The translations under genes were made by a program, and so were the position numbers. The notes beneath the pieces were generated by a model that ran no database searches, was not told the DNA's origin, and was given only the letters and a program-made list of their open reading frames with translations. Positions 26,470 through 40,915 of a stretch of DNA of 64,000 nucleotides are shown in pieces (within the stretch, counting starts at the first letter, position 1; each line of letters starts with the position of its first letter). Location of the stretch: the NCBI RefSeq assembly GCF_006345805.1, contig NC_043002.1:104718001-104782000 (forward strand). Direction: 5' to 3'. The DNA is from Octopus sinensis. Taxonomy: Eukaryota.

Positions 26470-26862
26470 TCTTTTATTCTTTTATTTGTTTAAATCATTT
26501 GACTGCGGCCATGCTGGAGCACTGCCTTTAGTCGAGCAAGTTGATCCCAGGATTTATCCTTTGTAAGCCTAGGACTTATTGTATCGGTCTCTCAGGCTCA
26601 ACGGCTAAGTTACGGGGACGCAAACACACCAGCATCGGTTGTCAAGCGATGTTGGGGGGGACAATCACAAAAACACAAACATATACATGCACACACACAC
26701 ACAAATATATATATATATATACTATGGGCTTCTTTCAGTTTCCCTGTAACAAATCCACTCACAAGGCTATGGTCGGCCCCAGGGTATAATAGAAAACTCT
26801 TGCTCAAGGTGCCAGGCAGTGGGACTGAACCTGGTACTATGTGGTTGGTAAGCAAGCTACTT
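26470..26862 (-). mobile_element. tRNA-derived CORE-like SINE
   Basis: Colinear with 46474-46892, including the internal (CA/TA)n tract and the GACTGCGGCCATGCTGGAG tail. Confidence 0.88.
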
Positions 26863-27577
26863 GATGAATGTATATACTTGGTAAATGTATATAAACATAA
26901 AAAATATCAAACCGTATGTTGTAGGCATAAAAATGTGACAAAAATAAACAAGTGTAATGTATATACACACACACACACACATACACACACACATGCACTC
27001 GCACACACTCATACACACAAACACACACACACATATACACAGTCATGTGCGTCTCTATATATGTGTGTGTGCGTATGTGTGTCTTAATAGTATTTAAATG
27101 CCCATGGCTGGAGGCAATAGAGTTTTCGTTCTTCGTCGAAAGGTGATGTCTAATCACTAAAAGGATAAACTAACTCCACAGGTTGTCCATCTTATGACTT
27201 GATTAGTACGAGAAGGAAGGCGGAAAGGTCGGACATCACATATACCACCACTTTGCGAAACCATCTACACAATATATATATAATATAATTCAATATACAA
27301 CCAGGTGTAAAAGGACATACACCCAGTGATAAAGTAGTGCACAGAAACCCGCGTGCATTCCTACATGCACAATCCTTACGCACACAAACCCATACACACA
27401 CATATTTATATGTACACATGAAAACTCTCATGCATTAGTACATACCTATTTATGTATACGTGTGCATGTGTAAGTGTGTGTGTGTGTGTGTGTGCGTGTT
27501 TATGTATTCATACATACACAAGACATAAAAATCCATAGGTGTCTACGTAGTTACATACTAAATGTACAGTATTCATT

Positions 27578-27950
27578 GTGGCTGTATGGTAAGTAGCTTG
27601 ATTACCAATCACAGGGTTCCGGGTTCAGTCCCACTCCGTGGCACCTTGGCCAGCTCTCTTCTACTATAGCCCCGGGACGACAAAAGCCTTGTGAGTGGAT
27701 ATGGTAAGCGGAAAATGTAGGGAACCCGTTGTATATACATACATATACATGTGTGTGGGTGTGTATGTCTGTGTGTGTGTCTTTTGTTCCCCCCCCCAAC
27801 ATCGCTTGCTGGTGTGATTATGTGTCCGTAACTTAGCGGATCGGCAAAAGAGTCCAATAGAATAAGTACTAGGCTTACAAAGTTCTGGGATCGATTTTCT
27901 CAACTTCGGGCGGTACTCCAGCATGGCCACAGTCAAATAACTGAATAAAA
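27578..27950 (+). mobile_element. tRNA-derived CORE-like SINE
   Basis: GTGGCTGTATGGTAAGTAGCTTG..GGGTTCAGTCCCACT..GGCACCTTGG..CCAGCATGGCCACAGTCAAAT. Confidence 0.88.
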
Positions 27951-28039
27951 ATTTTAAAATGAGGAATACATATATTTGCATGTATAAAATATGTGTGTAC
28001 TCACAGACACATATATATGCATATATATATACATTTATA

Positions 28040-28088
<49 letters not shown>

Positions 28089-28115
28089 ATATATAATATA
28101 TATATTTATAATATA

Positions 28116-28154
<39 letters not shown>

Positions 28155-28318
28155 TGTATGTATGTATATAATATATATATATAAGATGTATGTATGTATT
28201 TATAAGTATATATGTATATATGCATACGTATTTATATGTATTTATCTATCTATATATATATATATATACATATATATCCATACATAGAGAGCGAGACACA
28301 CACACACACACACACCCA

Positions 28319-28391
<73 letters not shown>

Positions 28392-28741
28392 GTATATATA
28401 TATCTATATACACATACATGTATATATAGATTTAAGCGCTTAAATACTGGAATTTGTGCCTTTGACATTGACGTCGTCAAAGCAAAAGGATTAATAATAA
28501 ATAAACCCAATAATACCAAAAGCAATGAAAATACTGACACTCCCTGGACCTGCTTGACAAACGAGAAGCACCTACGCATGTGTTTACAAAGACACACACA
28601 CAGGAATAAATTCGAAACAATAACATAACTCCGAATTCGTTCAATGAAAATTCTCTCAAAACAGCTCACAATAACAACCCACTCTTAAATATGATTACTT
28701 TCCTCACTCAAGCAGAAGGAAGATTTCGTCTCCATATAAAG

Positions 28742-28876
28742 CAGGGGTGGGCAAACTTTTTTGATCGCGGGCCGCACAGTGCGTCTTTGGAACCTTGGCG
28801 GGCCTCATTTATAAAAATCAAGTGAAAATATTTTTAAAGGCGGTTATAGACCTATAAACCACAATTGATTGAAATG
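28742..28876 (+). mobile_element. Left end of a hAT (Charlie-like) element running into the gap
   Basis: CAGGGGTGGGCAAACTTTTT..GCGGGCCGCA is a typical hAT-Charlie terminus. No right end is seen after the gap. Confidence 0.55.
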
Positions 28877-28976
28877 NNNNNNNNNNNNNNNNNNNNNNNN
28901 NNNNNNNNNNNNNNNNNNNNNNNNNNNNNNNNNNNNNNNNNNNNNNNNNNNNNNNNNNNNNNNNNNNNNNNNNNNN
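28877..28976. other. Assembly gap (100 N)
   Basis: Run of N followed by (AAG)n. Confidence 1.
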
Positions 28977-29477
28977 GAAGAAGAAGAAGAGAAGAAGAAG
29001 AAGAAGAAGAAGAAGAAGAAGAAGAAGAAGAAGAAGAAGATCCATTATATCGACACAGTCGGTGTAAAACGTTATCCCAGAAATGTTTCGATATCCTTCG
29101 TATTGTGTTTTCGGTGTCTGAAATGCATCTGCGAGGTATCCATATGTAACGATGAGCATATTTCGCTGAATCATCCAATGTAAGAGGTACCGAATTATGC
29201 TTTCTTCGTGTCAGTGACATTCTCGTTATTTTGGTCGACATTACATTTAGTGTAGTTCTTATTTTAGCGATTGGTCTTTCCTATGATGAAATGGATGTTG
29301 TTTTCCAGTCGTTAGTACAGCTAGTACCGTTAGTACTTGAGGTGTGGTAGAAGTTCATACTTTTACCAAAATCTTTGTTGCTACCGAGTTATTGGTCGCT
29401 ATAGGCGTTTTTGTGGTCGCTGCTGTACCTCGGCCTTATTTATCGCATTTCTTCTGTTGGGACTCTTTCTTATGTAT

Positions 29478-29864
29478 TACTAGCAGTATCGCCCGGCGTT
29501 GCTCGGGTTTGTAAGGGAAATAACTATACAGCATTTTTTGAAAGTTATTGCCAAAAAAATGCATTAAAAATGGAAAAAATATGATGGTAAATTTTTTTTT
29601 AAATCGTTGAATCATCGTACACATTTTTAGAGAGTTACTTCCCTTAAAAAAAATATGCATGAAAATGGAAAAAAATGATGGTAAATTATTTTTTAAATCG
29701 TAGACTCATCTTAGACGCGCGCTAATACCCAGAAGCGCTCGATATGAATCACGACTATAAGATACCCGGTTTTGGTTAAACTGCACCGCAAAATGTGGGA
29801 GTAGTTAGGAATCTAAATCGAAAGGGACAGACACTCACACAACTACAGTTTTATATATAAAGAT
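29478..29864 (+). mobile_element. Non-autonomous Helitron/Helentron-like element (copy 1)
   Basis: Starts TACTAGCAGTATCG with a CCCG..CGGG hairpin and ends TTTTATATATAAAGAT. Both ends are shared with 45887-46284. Confidence 0.6.
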
Positions 29865-30639
29865 TTTGTTCTCTTTGCTTGCATTCGCGCAGTTGTTGTT
29901 GTGCAGCTGCATCTAAAAACACGTGGCTGCAGTTGCAAATGCAGCTGAAGCTACAGTTTGTCCTTTCCCTGTTGTTGCCTACGAAGTCATACTTGATCTT
30001 GGTTCTGTTGCAGTCGTTGCTAATCTCTTGGTGATGTTGTTAACGCTGCTCCAGCTTGCTGCTGTTGTGACCCTGCAGCTGATGATGTTGCTACTCCAAT
30101 TGCTTGTGATATCATTAATGCTGCTGCTGCTGCTGTTGCTGCTGTTGCATGTTTCTTTGTTATTGTTGATCTTCACAGAAGAAATGAAAGGCAAGAAACC
30201 AGAAAGATTTTGAGGAGATTTGAATTATTCATTGAGTGAAGAAATATTTTCATATTTTATTATTTCAGTTCTTATTATATAAGAATGTGATTAACGCCGT
30301 GCCATTGCCTGACAACAGAAATACTAACAGCATTACAGAAATATATTTTTAACTCAGCTGCTCGGTCACACTGCTGTAGTCACACGCTTGTCGTGGAGAG
30401 ATGCACACACGCACTGGCATAGATGTATGTACGTATATAAGCATATATGTATGCATATAAGTATGTATGTGTGTGTTTATGCATGCATACATGTATTTAT
30501 GTATGTATTTATGTATGTAAGTATGTATGTATGTATGTATGTATGTATGTATGTATGCATGTATGTCTGTATATATGCTTTTACTTAATGATATGTGTGC
30601 TTATGTGTGTGTATGTATATATATATATGCATGTGTACT

Positions 30640-30709
<70 letters not shown>

Positions 30710-31663
30710 GCATATTGTGTGTGTGCATGCGTGCGTTTGTGTGTATTAGATATTCAAAACAAAAACGATGAATCACTTTCCTGCTGGTTTGAAAAGGACT
30801 AAACATTCAACGTGCTGAGTGTAAAGATTTGCTACATCCGGTGTACGCAGCTAATGCAAAATCGAATTTAAATAATCCCCCATCTAACGTATCTAACATA
30901 TACACATTTTCGACAGGCTAATTACTGCGGTATTTTTCTTAATATAATTTCCCTTACATAACTTCAATTAAAAGCGTATTGCAATAAATACGCAACAAAT
31001 ATCAAAGGGAAATGAATGAATCGTCCTAGTAGACACTAGCGACACCGCCGGATGCAATTCAGCCTCTTTTAGGCCTTTTTCATTATGCGTATAATCAAAA
31101 TGTGCAATACGCTGTACTAATTAACTTACTATATACATAACTACGTAATAACTAAACGCACACACTTATATGTACATACATGCATACATACATACATACA
31201 TACATACATACATACATACATACATACATACATACATTCATGCATACATACATACATACGTGCATACATATGTTCATGTATGTATGTATACAATGATGCA
31301 ACGAGGGTAGAAATAATGATTAATAAAGAGGCATACAAATAATTTCCTTATTAGACGGGTGTCGCAATGCAGAGTTTGACTTCGACCAGGACTAATGACA
31401 ATAAGAATGGTACGGCAAACGTACCTCAGCATATTTGATTAGTGCAGATATTTCCGTAGAATAACTCTTTAGAAAGTTATAACGGATGCGAGAAAATTTT
31501 GTGAGGGAAAACAAGGAGAAAACAAACTCAATGTTTAGATTGTTTTGCCTTGTCGCTGAGTTCCAAGGTAATGGTGTTGAAGTGTGACAAATATGAAGTT
31601 GCTGACTGCGGTTGATTTGCCTACAATTTATTTCAAATAAAATGAACGTGGCAGAAGAAGTAA

Positions 31664-31730
31664 AGGCGTGTGGCCTCGTGGTAAGTGTGCCGGACTCCCA
31701 AGACTGTGGTTTCGATTCCTGGTCTTAGTA
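31664..31730 (+). mobile_element. Isolated degenerate tRNA-like SINE head
   Basis: GGCGTGTGGCCTCGTGGTAAG (A-box-like) and GGTTTCGATTCCTGG (B-box-like); no complete cloverleaf. Confidence 0.45.
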
Positions 31731-32107
31731 ATGTCTCTGCATTCCGAGACGTAGATGAAGGTGTTGTTTTATTCCTAATTACTAGACATCTTCGAGTGAG
31801 CATCCTGGAAACTTCCCAAATATATATTGTATAAATTATATAAATGATAAAATCAAGACTTTTAGAGGAAAAACTTTGGTGTGTGATGTAAAACAAAAAT
31901 TAATCCAGAGGAGATTATCAAGTTTAATAAGTTTCTTCACTGAGTGAATTGGAAAAGTTTGTAAGTTCTAAATAATTTCATTAATTTTGAAAACATGATA
32001 ATATATGATACGGTTGTGAAATTACTTAAGACACGTCAAAGAAACCGAACGAGTTAATGGAGTACTGCTGCAGATCCTATTGGAAGAGTGTGCTGTGTGA
32101 AAGAGAG

Positions 32108-32156
<49 letters not shown>

Positions 32157-32657
32157 GGTAATGGAGATGAACTTTCAGGAAGGATGTAATTAATATGGCT
32201 TCTAGATTTGAAAAGCGAATTGCAAAAGAATTTGCAGGTCAGTCTCAGTGGATCTCCGTATGATAGGAAAACATTGTGGACGTCGATCAAAGGAACGATA
32301 TGGAAATAGAACACGAACATAATAAAGAATAAACCATCTACAACGAAGGGCGACAGGAGAAGAATTCGTTGAAGAAGCCGTTACTATTCTTTTGGAGGTT
32401 GAAGCCATTTGGCTATCACTTTTATGGAGGGAGGATTTGAGATATATTCTCCAAATATCGCCCCGATATGAATGAAATTGAAATTTAAGTTATCGAATTA
32501 TGTTTATAAAAGTTTTAAATGAATTTTTGTAATTATATTGTCCGTAAAATAAAAACATTGGTTTATGCGGGTATTACTGAAAACACTCGCATCTCTCTCT
32601 CTCTCACACACACACTCATTCTCTCTCTCATACTCACTCTCTTTCTTTCTCTGTATG

Positions 32658-32731
<74 letters not shown>

Positions 32732-32733
32732 TT

Positions 32734-32768
<35 letters not shown>

Positions 32769-32899
32769 CGAAAGGTAAATAGATAGATAGATACATACGT
32801 ACATACATACATACATACACACATACATACATACATACATACATTCGCACAAACAGATTCACACACTCACACACACACGCACATCTCACACAGATCTAC

Positions 32900-34056
32900 A
32901 TCACTGAACAGCAAGAGGAGAAGACGGTGGTGTTGAGAACGTACTCGAAATTTCTCGACGCCATTCCTATCTTCTCCAAGCAGGAAATTGAAAAGGAGTT
33001 AGCAGACTATCTGCCAAGTCTGAAATTTATTGCCGGGGTGTCGGATATGCAACGATTTGGTTGTTATTTGACACCCCGGAGAAGGCTCGTATTTTTGAAA
33101 GCCAGACCCTGAGGGCAATAATATTTTATTTCTTCCCAAAGATTGTGGGAGGAAATTGACAAGGGCTTTAGGCCAGCGGGTTGCCACCCAATATAGAACC
33201 AGGGCCCTAGAGGACACTATCCGCCAGGTTCTGGGTGGCAGCAGCGCCAAGCTTATCAGTATAAAGCAGTTACCGGTGGCTGACTGGGTTGGGTCAAAAG
33301 TGGTCTTGACCCTTGGACCCAATCAGCAAATAATTTAGTCTTTCCAGACTTTTTGACTTTGGCTGGGTGCAGGTACCCGGTGATTCTTGAGGGTTACCCC
33401 CCACCGGCTCCCAAGTGTCAACTGTGCCTGGAACACGACCATATGAAACAGAACTGCCCCCAGGACTAAAGCAAGGTTCTGGAGCAGTTGGTTGGTATCT
33501 CTCTAGAAAAAGGAATGGAGACGGTTGAGGAGGCAAGGGCCTCCTCAAACAGTGGTCGCAATAGAAAGATGGTGAGCAATAATGGTTGCTCACCGAGGGA
33601 TCCTAGGGCTGAGGGAGGGGAGGTGGATCTCCCGGTTACGAAAAAAACTCACCCTTCCTCAGTAAGAAAGAAAAAAGAGGAGGAAAAAGAAAAACCGGAC
33701 ATTGCCGGCATTTTGGTGACACAACACCGAAATGTCCCGAAATTTCGTCGGTGAGAAGTGTCCTACCGACGGGTGAAGAGGCACCGTCGGCGGGAATTTG
33801 TGTCACCGACAGTGGAAGTGACCACCAAGAGGGAGTAGTTCTGGCCTGCACACGAGATTCCGAATGACCTCCGCAGATAGCTGTGGAGGTCATAAAGGTG
33901 CCCGTGGTGCAAAGGCTGAAGGAAATCAGAGAAGGGTATCGCTTATGGCCGGGTGGCACCGACATGACATTATACTTGAGTGAGGCGTAGGAAATTGCGA
34001 GGTACGCGGTCAGAAGCGATGCTGAATTTGAAGATGTTGAAGAAGACTACGGGTAA
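32900..34056 (+). mobile_element. Disrupted gag-like ORF1 of a Tx1/L1-type retrotransposon (CCHC zinc knuckle), no ORF2
   Basis: GC-rich island. After frameshift repair it reads ...FPDFLTLAGCRYPVILEGYPPPAPK-CQLCLEHDHMKQNC (CX2CX4HX4C at 33416-33457), then a low-complexity charged tail ending EDVEEDYG*. Confidence 0.75.
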
Positions 34057-34253
34057 GAGGTAGAAAAGCCTTGTTATTCTAAAAGGATAAGAGGTTTCAA
34101 ACCTCATTCTGTTTATTTTTAAAATAACATTGTTTTCGGGAAGACAGGCAGTGGTTTCCCTCATTCATATTTATATATTCATTTTATTCCATTAATGCAG
34201 TTACTCCAGCCCGCAGTTACTCTATGGCATGCCCCTGTGTCAAATTGCATGAA

Positions 34254-34388
34254 GTAAAGTAGCTTGCTTACCAACCATATGGTTCAGAGTTCCACTGCAT
34301 GGAACCTTCCGCAAGTGTTTTATACTATAGGCTCGGGCCAACCAAATCCTTGTGAGCGGATTTGGTAACGGAAACGAAAGGAAACCTG

Positions 34389-34424
<36 letters not shown>

Positions 34425-34620
34425 TTGTATGTCTGTGGTTGTCTCCCACCATCGCTTGGGAACTGATGCTGGTCTCGGTTTACGTCCCTGTAACCTAGCG
34501 GTTCGGCAATACAAACCGATATAAAAAGTACAACGAATAAGTCTTCGCGTCGATTTGTTCGACTAAGAACGCAGTGGTCCGGCATGGCCGCAGTCAAATG
34601 ACAGAAGCAAATAAAAGAAT
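34254..34620 (+). mobile_element. tRNA-derived CORE-like SINE, 5'-damaged
   Basis: AGTAGCTTGCTTACCAACCATATGGTT..(GT)n..GCATGGCCGCAGTCAAATGAC, colinear with 46474-46892. Confidence 0.85.
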
Positions 34621-35547
34621 ATACTTACATGCATACATACACACACACACACACATACATATATATGTATGTATATATATATATATACACATAATATAAA
34701 TGCATGCGGTATGGCAGTGTTATGTGCGAGTGAATATGTGTTTGTGTACGCTTTTGTATGCCATATTTTTGAAGCAGCATTGCAGTAAGAAACTAATATA
34801 CATGTAACGACAGCGAATTGCTTGTGTTCAATTACTTTAGTCCACTAACTTATACAAAAAGATTGAATCAAAGTAAACGCCGCATGAAATACAGCAGTCA
34901 ACTCACTAAATATGATTTCTAACAAAAAAAGAAAGAAGGATTTATAATCTGGACAAAGAGTAAGAGAGAAATTCATTGAAAAAAATTTCTAGAGATGACG
35001 GATGAAGTTTGCAAATTCGTATGCAAATATGAAGTGTCTAAGCAATATGATTCTTTCTTGCATGAGACATTGAGGTTCCATATTTATCACCAACTGTCTA
35101 CATATCTCCGACTTGATGCCACTGCAACACATTAGATTAGACAACAGAAAAGAAACCAAAGAAAAAAAAAAGCCGTCTATAGCGCAACCATTTCATATAG
35201 AATATCACTCGCAAGACATATTGGTGATGGGTCTCTTTTAATATTAATATTAAAGCAGAAAGTAAGGCTAAGGCTACACATTTCATTCTAGGAAGAAATT
35301 AACACCGGTCAGTACACCCACGGTATTTCCTGATTGCTGACACAAAACCCTGATTAATGATAAAATATGATTTAGATAAAATGATGAGCAATGAAAACTA
35401 GACGAAATATAAGCTCTTAAGTTTCTCATCTACAATAAAACGGCAAAAAAAAAGCTTCCACTCAGAAACGTTTTCACGTTTTCCCCTCAAGACAAAAACT
35501 GGAATGATACGAAACTTCAGGGTCAAGCAGCATAATATACATTTCTC

Positions 35548-36055
<508 letters not shown>

Positions 36056-36258
36056 CATTCATATATAAAACATCAGAAACATTATAAACATTAACGCAAG
36101 GAATATTGATGGAAGTATCCCATCAAATCATCTCACAAGAGTAAATATAACAGGCCAGATATTGTTATTTGGGACTTACAGGAAAAATTATGCACAATCA
36201 CACACACACATACACACACACTGAAGCACACAGACGCACACACACATACATATATACA

Positions 36259-36587
36259 AGAGTTACAGAATGGAGTAGGTAAGAACCGGGCTACATATAT
36301 TTTATAGCTGGCAGAACTTCACAAGTGGTAAAAAACCTAGCGAGGAGTATACTGCCGGTTACTTTTCAGGGCAAGAATATTTTGATTAAATTAAAGGTTA
36401 CACTGTCGGAATGAAGGACATGTTGACGCATGGAAGATTATTTGTCAACTTGTACATCGTTGCGATAATGTAAACGGCGAAGGGTAGCGTGCATGATACA
36501 GCTCGTTTGGATTTATACCACTTCTGAGGTTCCGCTCGCTATGAAACATATGTAGCCCAGATCTTACCTACTCCATTCTGTAACTCT
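36259..36587. mobile_element. MITE with ~80-bp terminal inverted repeats
   Basis: Left AGAGTTACAGAATGGAGTAGGTAAGAACCGGGCTACATAT; right reverse complement AGAGTTACAGAATGGAGTAGGTAAGATCTGGGCTACATAT. TA-rich flanks. Confidence 0.85.
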
Positions 36588-37089
36588 AGTATACTTATTC
36601 TCACACCCGACATAACTGGTCGCCTAACTTGGTATATAAAAATGAACATTTATTTCAGCGTATCCTTCATCGATACGAAACAAAATCCACAAACTTCCAT
36701 TGCTGACCCTGGAGGTTGTTTATTTATATTTACTACGGATTCCTTGAAGCTAACATTCTTCCTACACTTCGATCTCTACATTTTACATCTATGTGTGTTT
36801 GTGTGTACGTGTGTGTGTGGGCGCACGCGCGTGTGTGTACCATTTTCTGAATCACAGATTAGTTTGGAACAGAAGGATCTGATCACAATGGTTACACGAA
36901 CATTTTCAGATCATGGATATGATGTGCTTCCAATGCAAGGAAGTGTACAAGCAATATATTGCCAGATTTCCAAAAAAAAAAAAAAAATTAGTGTGACAGG
37001 CCAGTATTGATCTACATATTTAATAAACAGTTACCGATAGCATTGTAAGATACTGTCATTGGAAGAGCTGCATTTCAAGAATAATGGCT

Positions 37090-37789
37090 GTTGTCAAAAA
37101 TGAAGATCTCTGACGAGTGGGACTGGGAAGATGAATTGATGAGACACGCATTCGAACAAAGATGTTTTGGAGCGATGAGGATTCATTTAGATTCAGCGAT
37201 ACAGTTAAGCGCCCCTTTTGCATCTGCCGGGGACATGAGAATCCGGATATTACGGAAGAACTACGGTGCGGTTTAAAAACAAAAGGATTAATAAAACCAC
37301 TTTTCGGTGGTATTCTAACTGGTTCCAGTTACTCGAGCATTTTGTGACAATCTTCCATGCCAAGCGTTCAAGTGGACTTTAGTTACAATTCTCAGTAAGA
37401 TGGGGCACCACACTTTATCGTAGAAATACAAAGGGTTACGTGGATGAGATTTTGCCAAACAATTGGATTGGTCGAAGAGCTTCAGTAAAATGTCTTCCGC
37501 GTTCACTGGTGGTTTTATGAGGATACTTAAAAGATAAATTTTACAGTAGAAAATTGGCAGCAGTCAACAAACTGAACAACTAGAATCCGCACAAAGACGA
37601 AACCGTTCCTTCAATGTCTCCATTCCATTGCACGACATGGATCTGAACGGTCATCGTTCTGATAGCACATTCTCATAAAATAAATAAAATCTATCTGCAG
37701 ATTCTATCAAATTTTGAAAATGAAATGAATATAAAATTAACATTGTCCGTATATTCATTTAATGGGTATATATTGTTGGGGACAAGCTG
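37090..37789 (+). mobile_element. Degenerate Tc1/mariner transposase 3' part and right end
   Basis: FWSDEDSF (first D), ENP, Q*DGAPH (second D), DEILPNNWIGRRASVKCLPRS and GYLKDKFY, compared with the family consensus WIGRRGP.EWPPRSPDL..WGYLKxKVY. Terminus GGGACAAGCTG-TA. Confidence 0.8.
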
Positions 37790-38709
37790 TAGTTACGATA
37801 TTTTCACACGCATACACATACAGAGGCGCACATGCACACGCACGCACACACTAACACTCACGCATAAATATGCACGTGTGTATCAGAAGATGGGGAGGAA
37901 AAAGAGAGTAAGAAAGAACGAATAAATGTCAGAAGGGAGGATCATAATATAAAAAGTTAAAAAAATAATAATTTGCGATTCTAAGTGAGAGAATGTGCCA
38001 CCTAAAGTAGAGCCTTTAGTTAGTTATTATTGCAGGAAGTGGCATACAACTTGTAATAGCAGGGATCTATTATGAATATATGATTACTGAATCCGGAATA
38101 ATAGAATACATTCCCGCATTAGCATAGCGGAGAAATACGAAAGGGAAAGCAATATTTATGAGTAGATTTCAGAAGGATATAATATAATGGCATTTGTGGG
38201 AAACGTGAGCATGTATCAACTCGAAAAATACAAATAATTCTGAGGATAACCTTAAAACTGATACTAAGTTGTGAGTGCATCATGAAAATAGGCAATAAGA
38301 AGGATATAGCCTCGTTTTATGATTCGTTATTTTAAACCCTTGCTCAAATTACCATAGATGTTTTAAGGAAAAAAATACATTCATTTGTAACCGATATTAT
38401 GGTAGGATCAGATGTCTTAACGATAATGGGTGACAATGGAACGAGAAAATAATAATATGGATCTCTGAGGTGAGGAAGAAGTAACAAACGGATAAAGGGT
38501 TAAAGGTTTGTATAATGACTTACGCATAACTAAGCAAAATATCTTGGATGGAATGTACAGGATGGGGGTCTGTTAGAAAGGAATATTTCTGAAAATTTGT
38601 GTTTAAAGCTTACGCCAACGATGTGTCATAGAATGTTTGGTGTTTAGTGTGAGGAAATCTTTAGATAGGACGTTGATGATAACGGTGGTGATGATAGTAA
38701 TAATAATGA

Positions 38710-39000
38710 TCAGATGAAACTAACATGGGATGTGCCATTACACTTGGAGTAAAAGCTGCAACATAGCCGACTACATATCACTCGCCTACTGAAGGAGTCA
38801 AAAGAATGGACCTTCATGTATGTAGTTATAGCAGCAAGCCAGAATATTGTGAAGGCACGACGAGAAGCTTGGAAAGTACCACGACGTAGGCTTGGAAGCG
38901 AAAAGAATCCGTAGAGCTTCAACAGTCGGTGTGGTACCAATTGTGATCGATGCACTTGGAAGTATGAAAGACGTAAGAAGCTTCATTTTGTTAGGAAGGA
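38710..39000 (+). mobile_element. Degenerate R4/Dong RLE-domain fragment
   Basis: KLTWDVPL..KLQHSRLHITRLLKESKE..EKLGKYHDVGLEAKRIRRASTVGVVPIVIDALGS. Confidence 0.75.
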
Positions 39001-40050
39001 GAGCAAAACATTTTCATGTGAGTTTATGCATAATACCCAAGTTGAACAGCATGATGGAAGTGCGGAGACTATAGTTGCACGGAGGGTGAAATCAATAGCA
39101 AAGCAAAATGCGCTTGAACAACTGGCTGATAGGTGGGAACAAAAACCTCTGCACGGCAAATATGTGGCCCGTAGCATACAAGCTGATGTAGACCAGAAGC
39201 ACACCCATCAGTGGCTACGGAGCTCAGCGCTAAAGGAAGAGAGTGAAGGCGTTATCTTGGCTGTCCAAGATCAGAGATTATAGATCCGGAACTATCAAGC
39301 CAATATGCGTGAAAATGGCGTAGACCCAAAGTGCCGATGCTGCAGCGACGGGATGGAAACAGTAGACCACCCAATCTCTGTATGCAAAATTTTAGCACCT
39401 GTAGAGTACAAATCAAGACATGACGGAGCTGGCCAATATCTACATTGGATAATGTGTCGGCATTATAGAATCAAAACTGCTGACAAATGGTACAAGCTAC
39501 CAGTATGTACAGATCGGACTATCAAGGCAAATGAACCAGATATTGTTGTGAAAAACAAAAGTAATAGTCGGTACTATAATGTCTCGGCAAATGAATTCGA
39601 TAATCACAGAAAATATAAAGATCTGCTAATCGAAATCGACAAGACGTGTTATCTCAAAACGGTTACAATATCAGTGATTCCAGAAGCAATTGTAATGATC
39701 CAAAAATGAACTGAAAATTATTTAAGAATGATCCCTGGCTTAACATCCAAGCAGGAAGTGCAGAAGATTGTCTTACCTGGTATGTCACACGTATTGAAAA
39801 GAGCAATGTCGCTGTGAATTTTCTTTCCTTTCCCCCTTAAATTTATTTGTTTACTTGTGTACTTTTTCTCTTTTCCTTATCTTCTCTGCCTTTCTCATTT
39901 TTCTATCACATGACCCTCTAAATGAACAATCTGGTATGCTTGTTTTAATGACCTACCATTGTATACAGTACGTTTCTCTGCCCTAGGTATCAGGAAGACA
40001 CACGGCAAGAAATAGAAACATAATTGAAAGCACATGCTAATGAAAATAAT
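39001..40050 (+). mobile_element. 5'-truncated R4/Dong fragment with 3' UTR
   Basis: RWEQKPLHGKY..THQWLRSSALKEESEGVILAVQDQ..CRCCSDGMETVDHPISVC..EYKSRHD..EPDIVVK..KYKDLLIEI..QEVQKIVL; stop at ~39817. Confidence 0.88.
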
Positions 40051-40075
40051 GATGATAATAATACTAATAATAAAT

Positions 40076-40547
40076 GTCCTGATGCAGTAACAGGACATTA
40101 ACTGATTGGAAGTGTTATCGTGTACGTTGCTTTGTCTTGGTAGATAATATGGGTTACCACATATATTCTTCTCAATGCCACAGATTTTCCTGTTAACTGC
40201 ATGACATTAACTAGTAGAGGACGTCACTTAGTGGTTGGTAATATTTGTATCTCTGATCACGAGGTGGGGAGCATCGTAACCATGTGATAAGATGAATTGT
40301 TTGCGGCTGGAGCAATTCATCCCCGGAAACATGGCTGTTCCGGCCATCATCTTTAAACAAACCTACTTCAAGGACCCTTTGAGCGGATGTGCTTTTGATC
40401 TTCATATGCGATCCCCATGTTACGCACAGACGATTGCGATGCATGTGCTCGGTGTACTCATATCAGAAAGTTAGTCATGATGGGTATATTCGGATTCGTC
40501 TATTTTACCCCAGTGCCACTTTAATGGCAAGCGCCGTTGTCTTACTC
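40076..40547 (+). mobile_element. Older, internally deleted copy of the ~550-bp TAA-associated element
   Basis: Starts GTCCTGATGCAGTAACAGG, is colinear with 3692-4244, and ends TTTTACCCCAGTGCCACTTTAATGGCA..CTTACTC followed by (AAT)n. Confidence 0.8.

Positions 40548-40915
<368 letters not shown>

Noticed and set aside
29880-30213. 96-aa hydrophobic ORF that looks like a membrane protein
   Set aside because: Decayed GCT/GTT trinucleotide tract; no splice or homology support.
32190-32450. MASRFEKRIAKEF-starting pseudo-ORF
   Set aside because: Multiple stops and no recognisable family.
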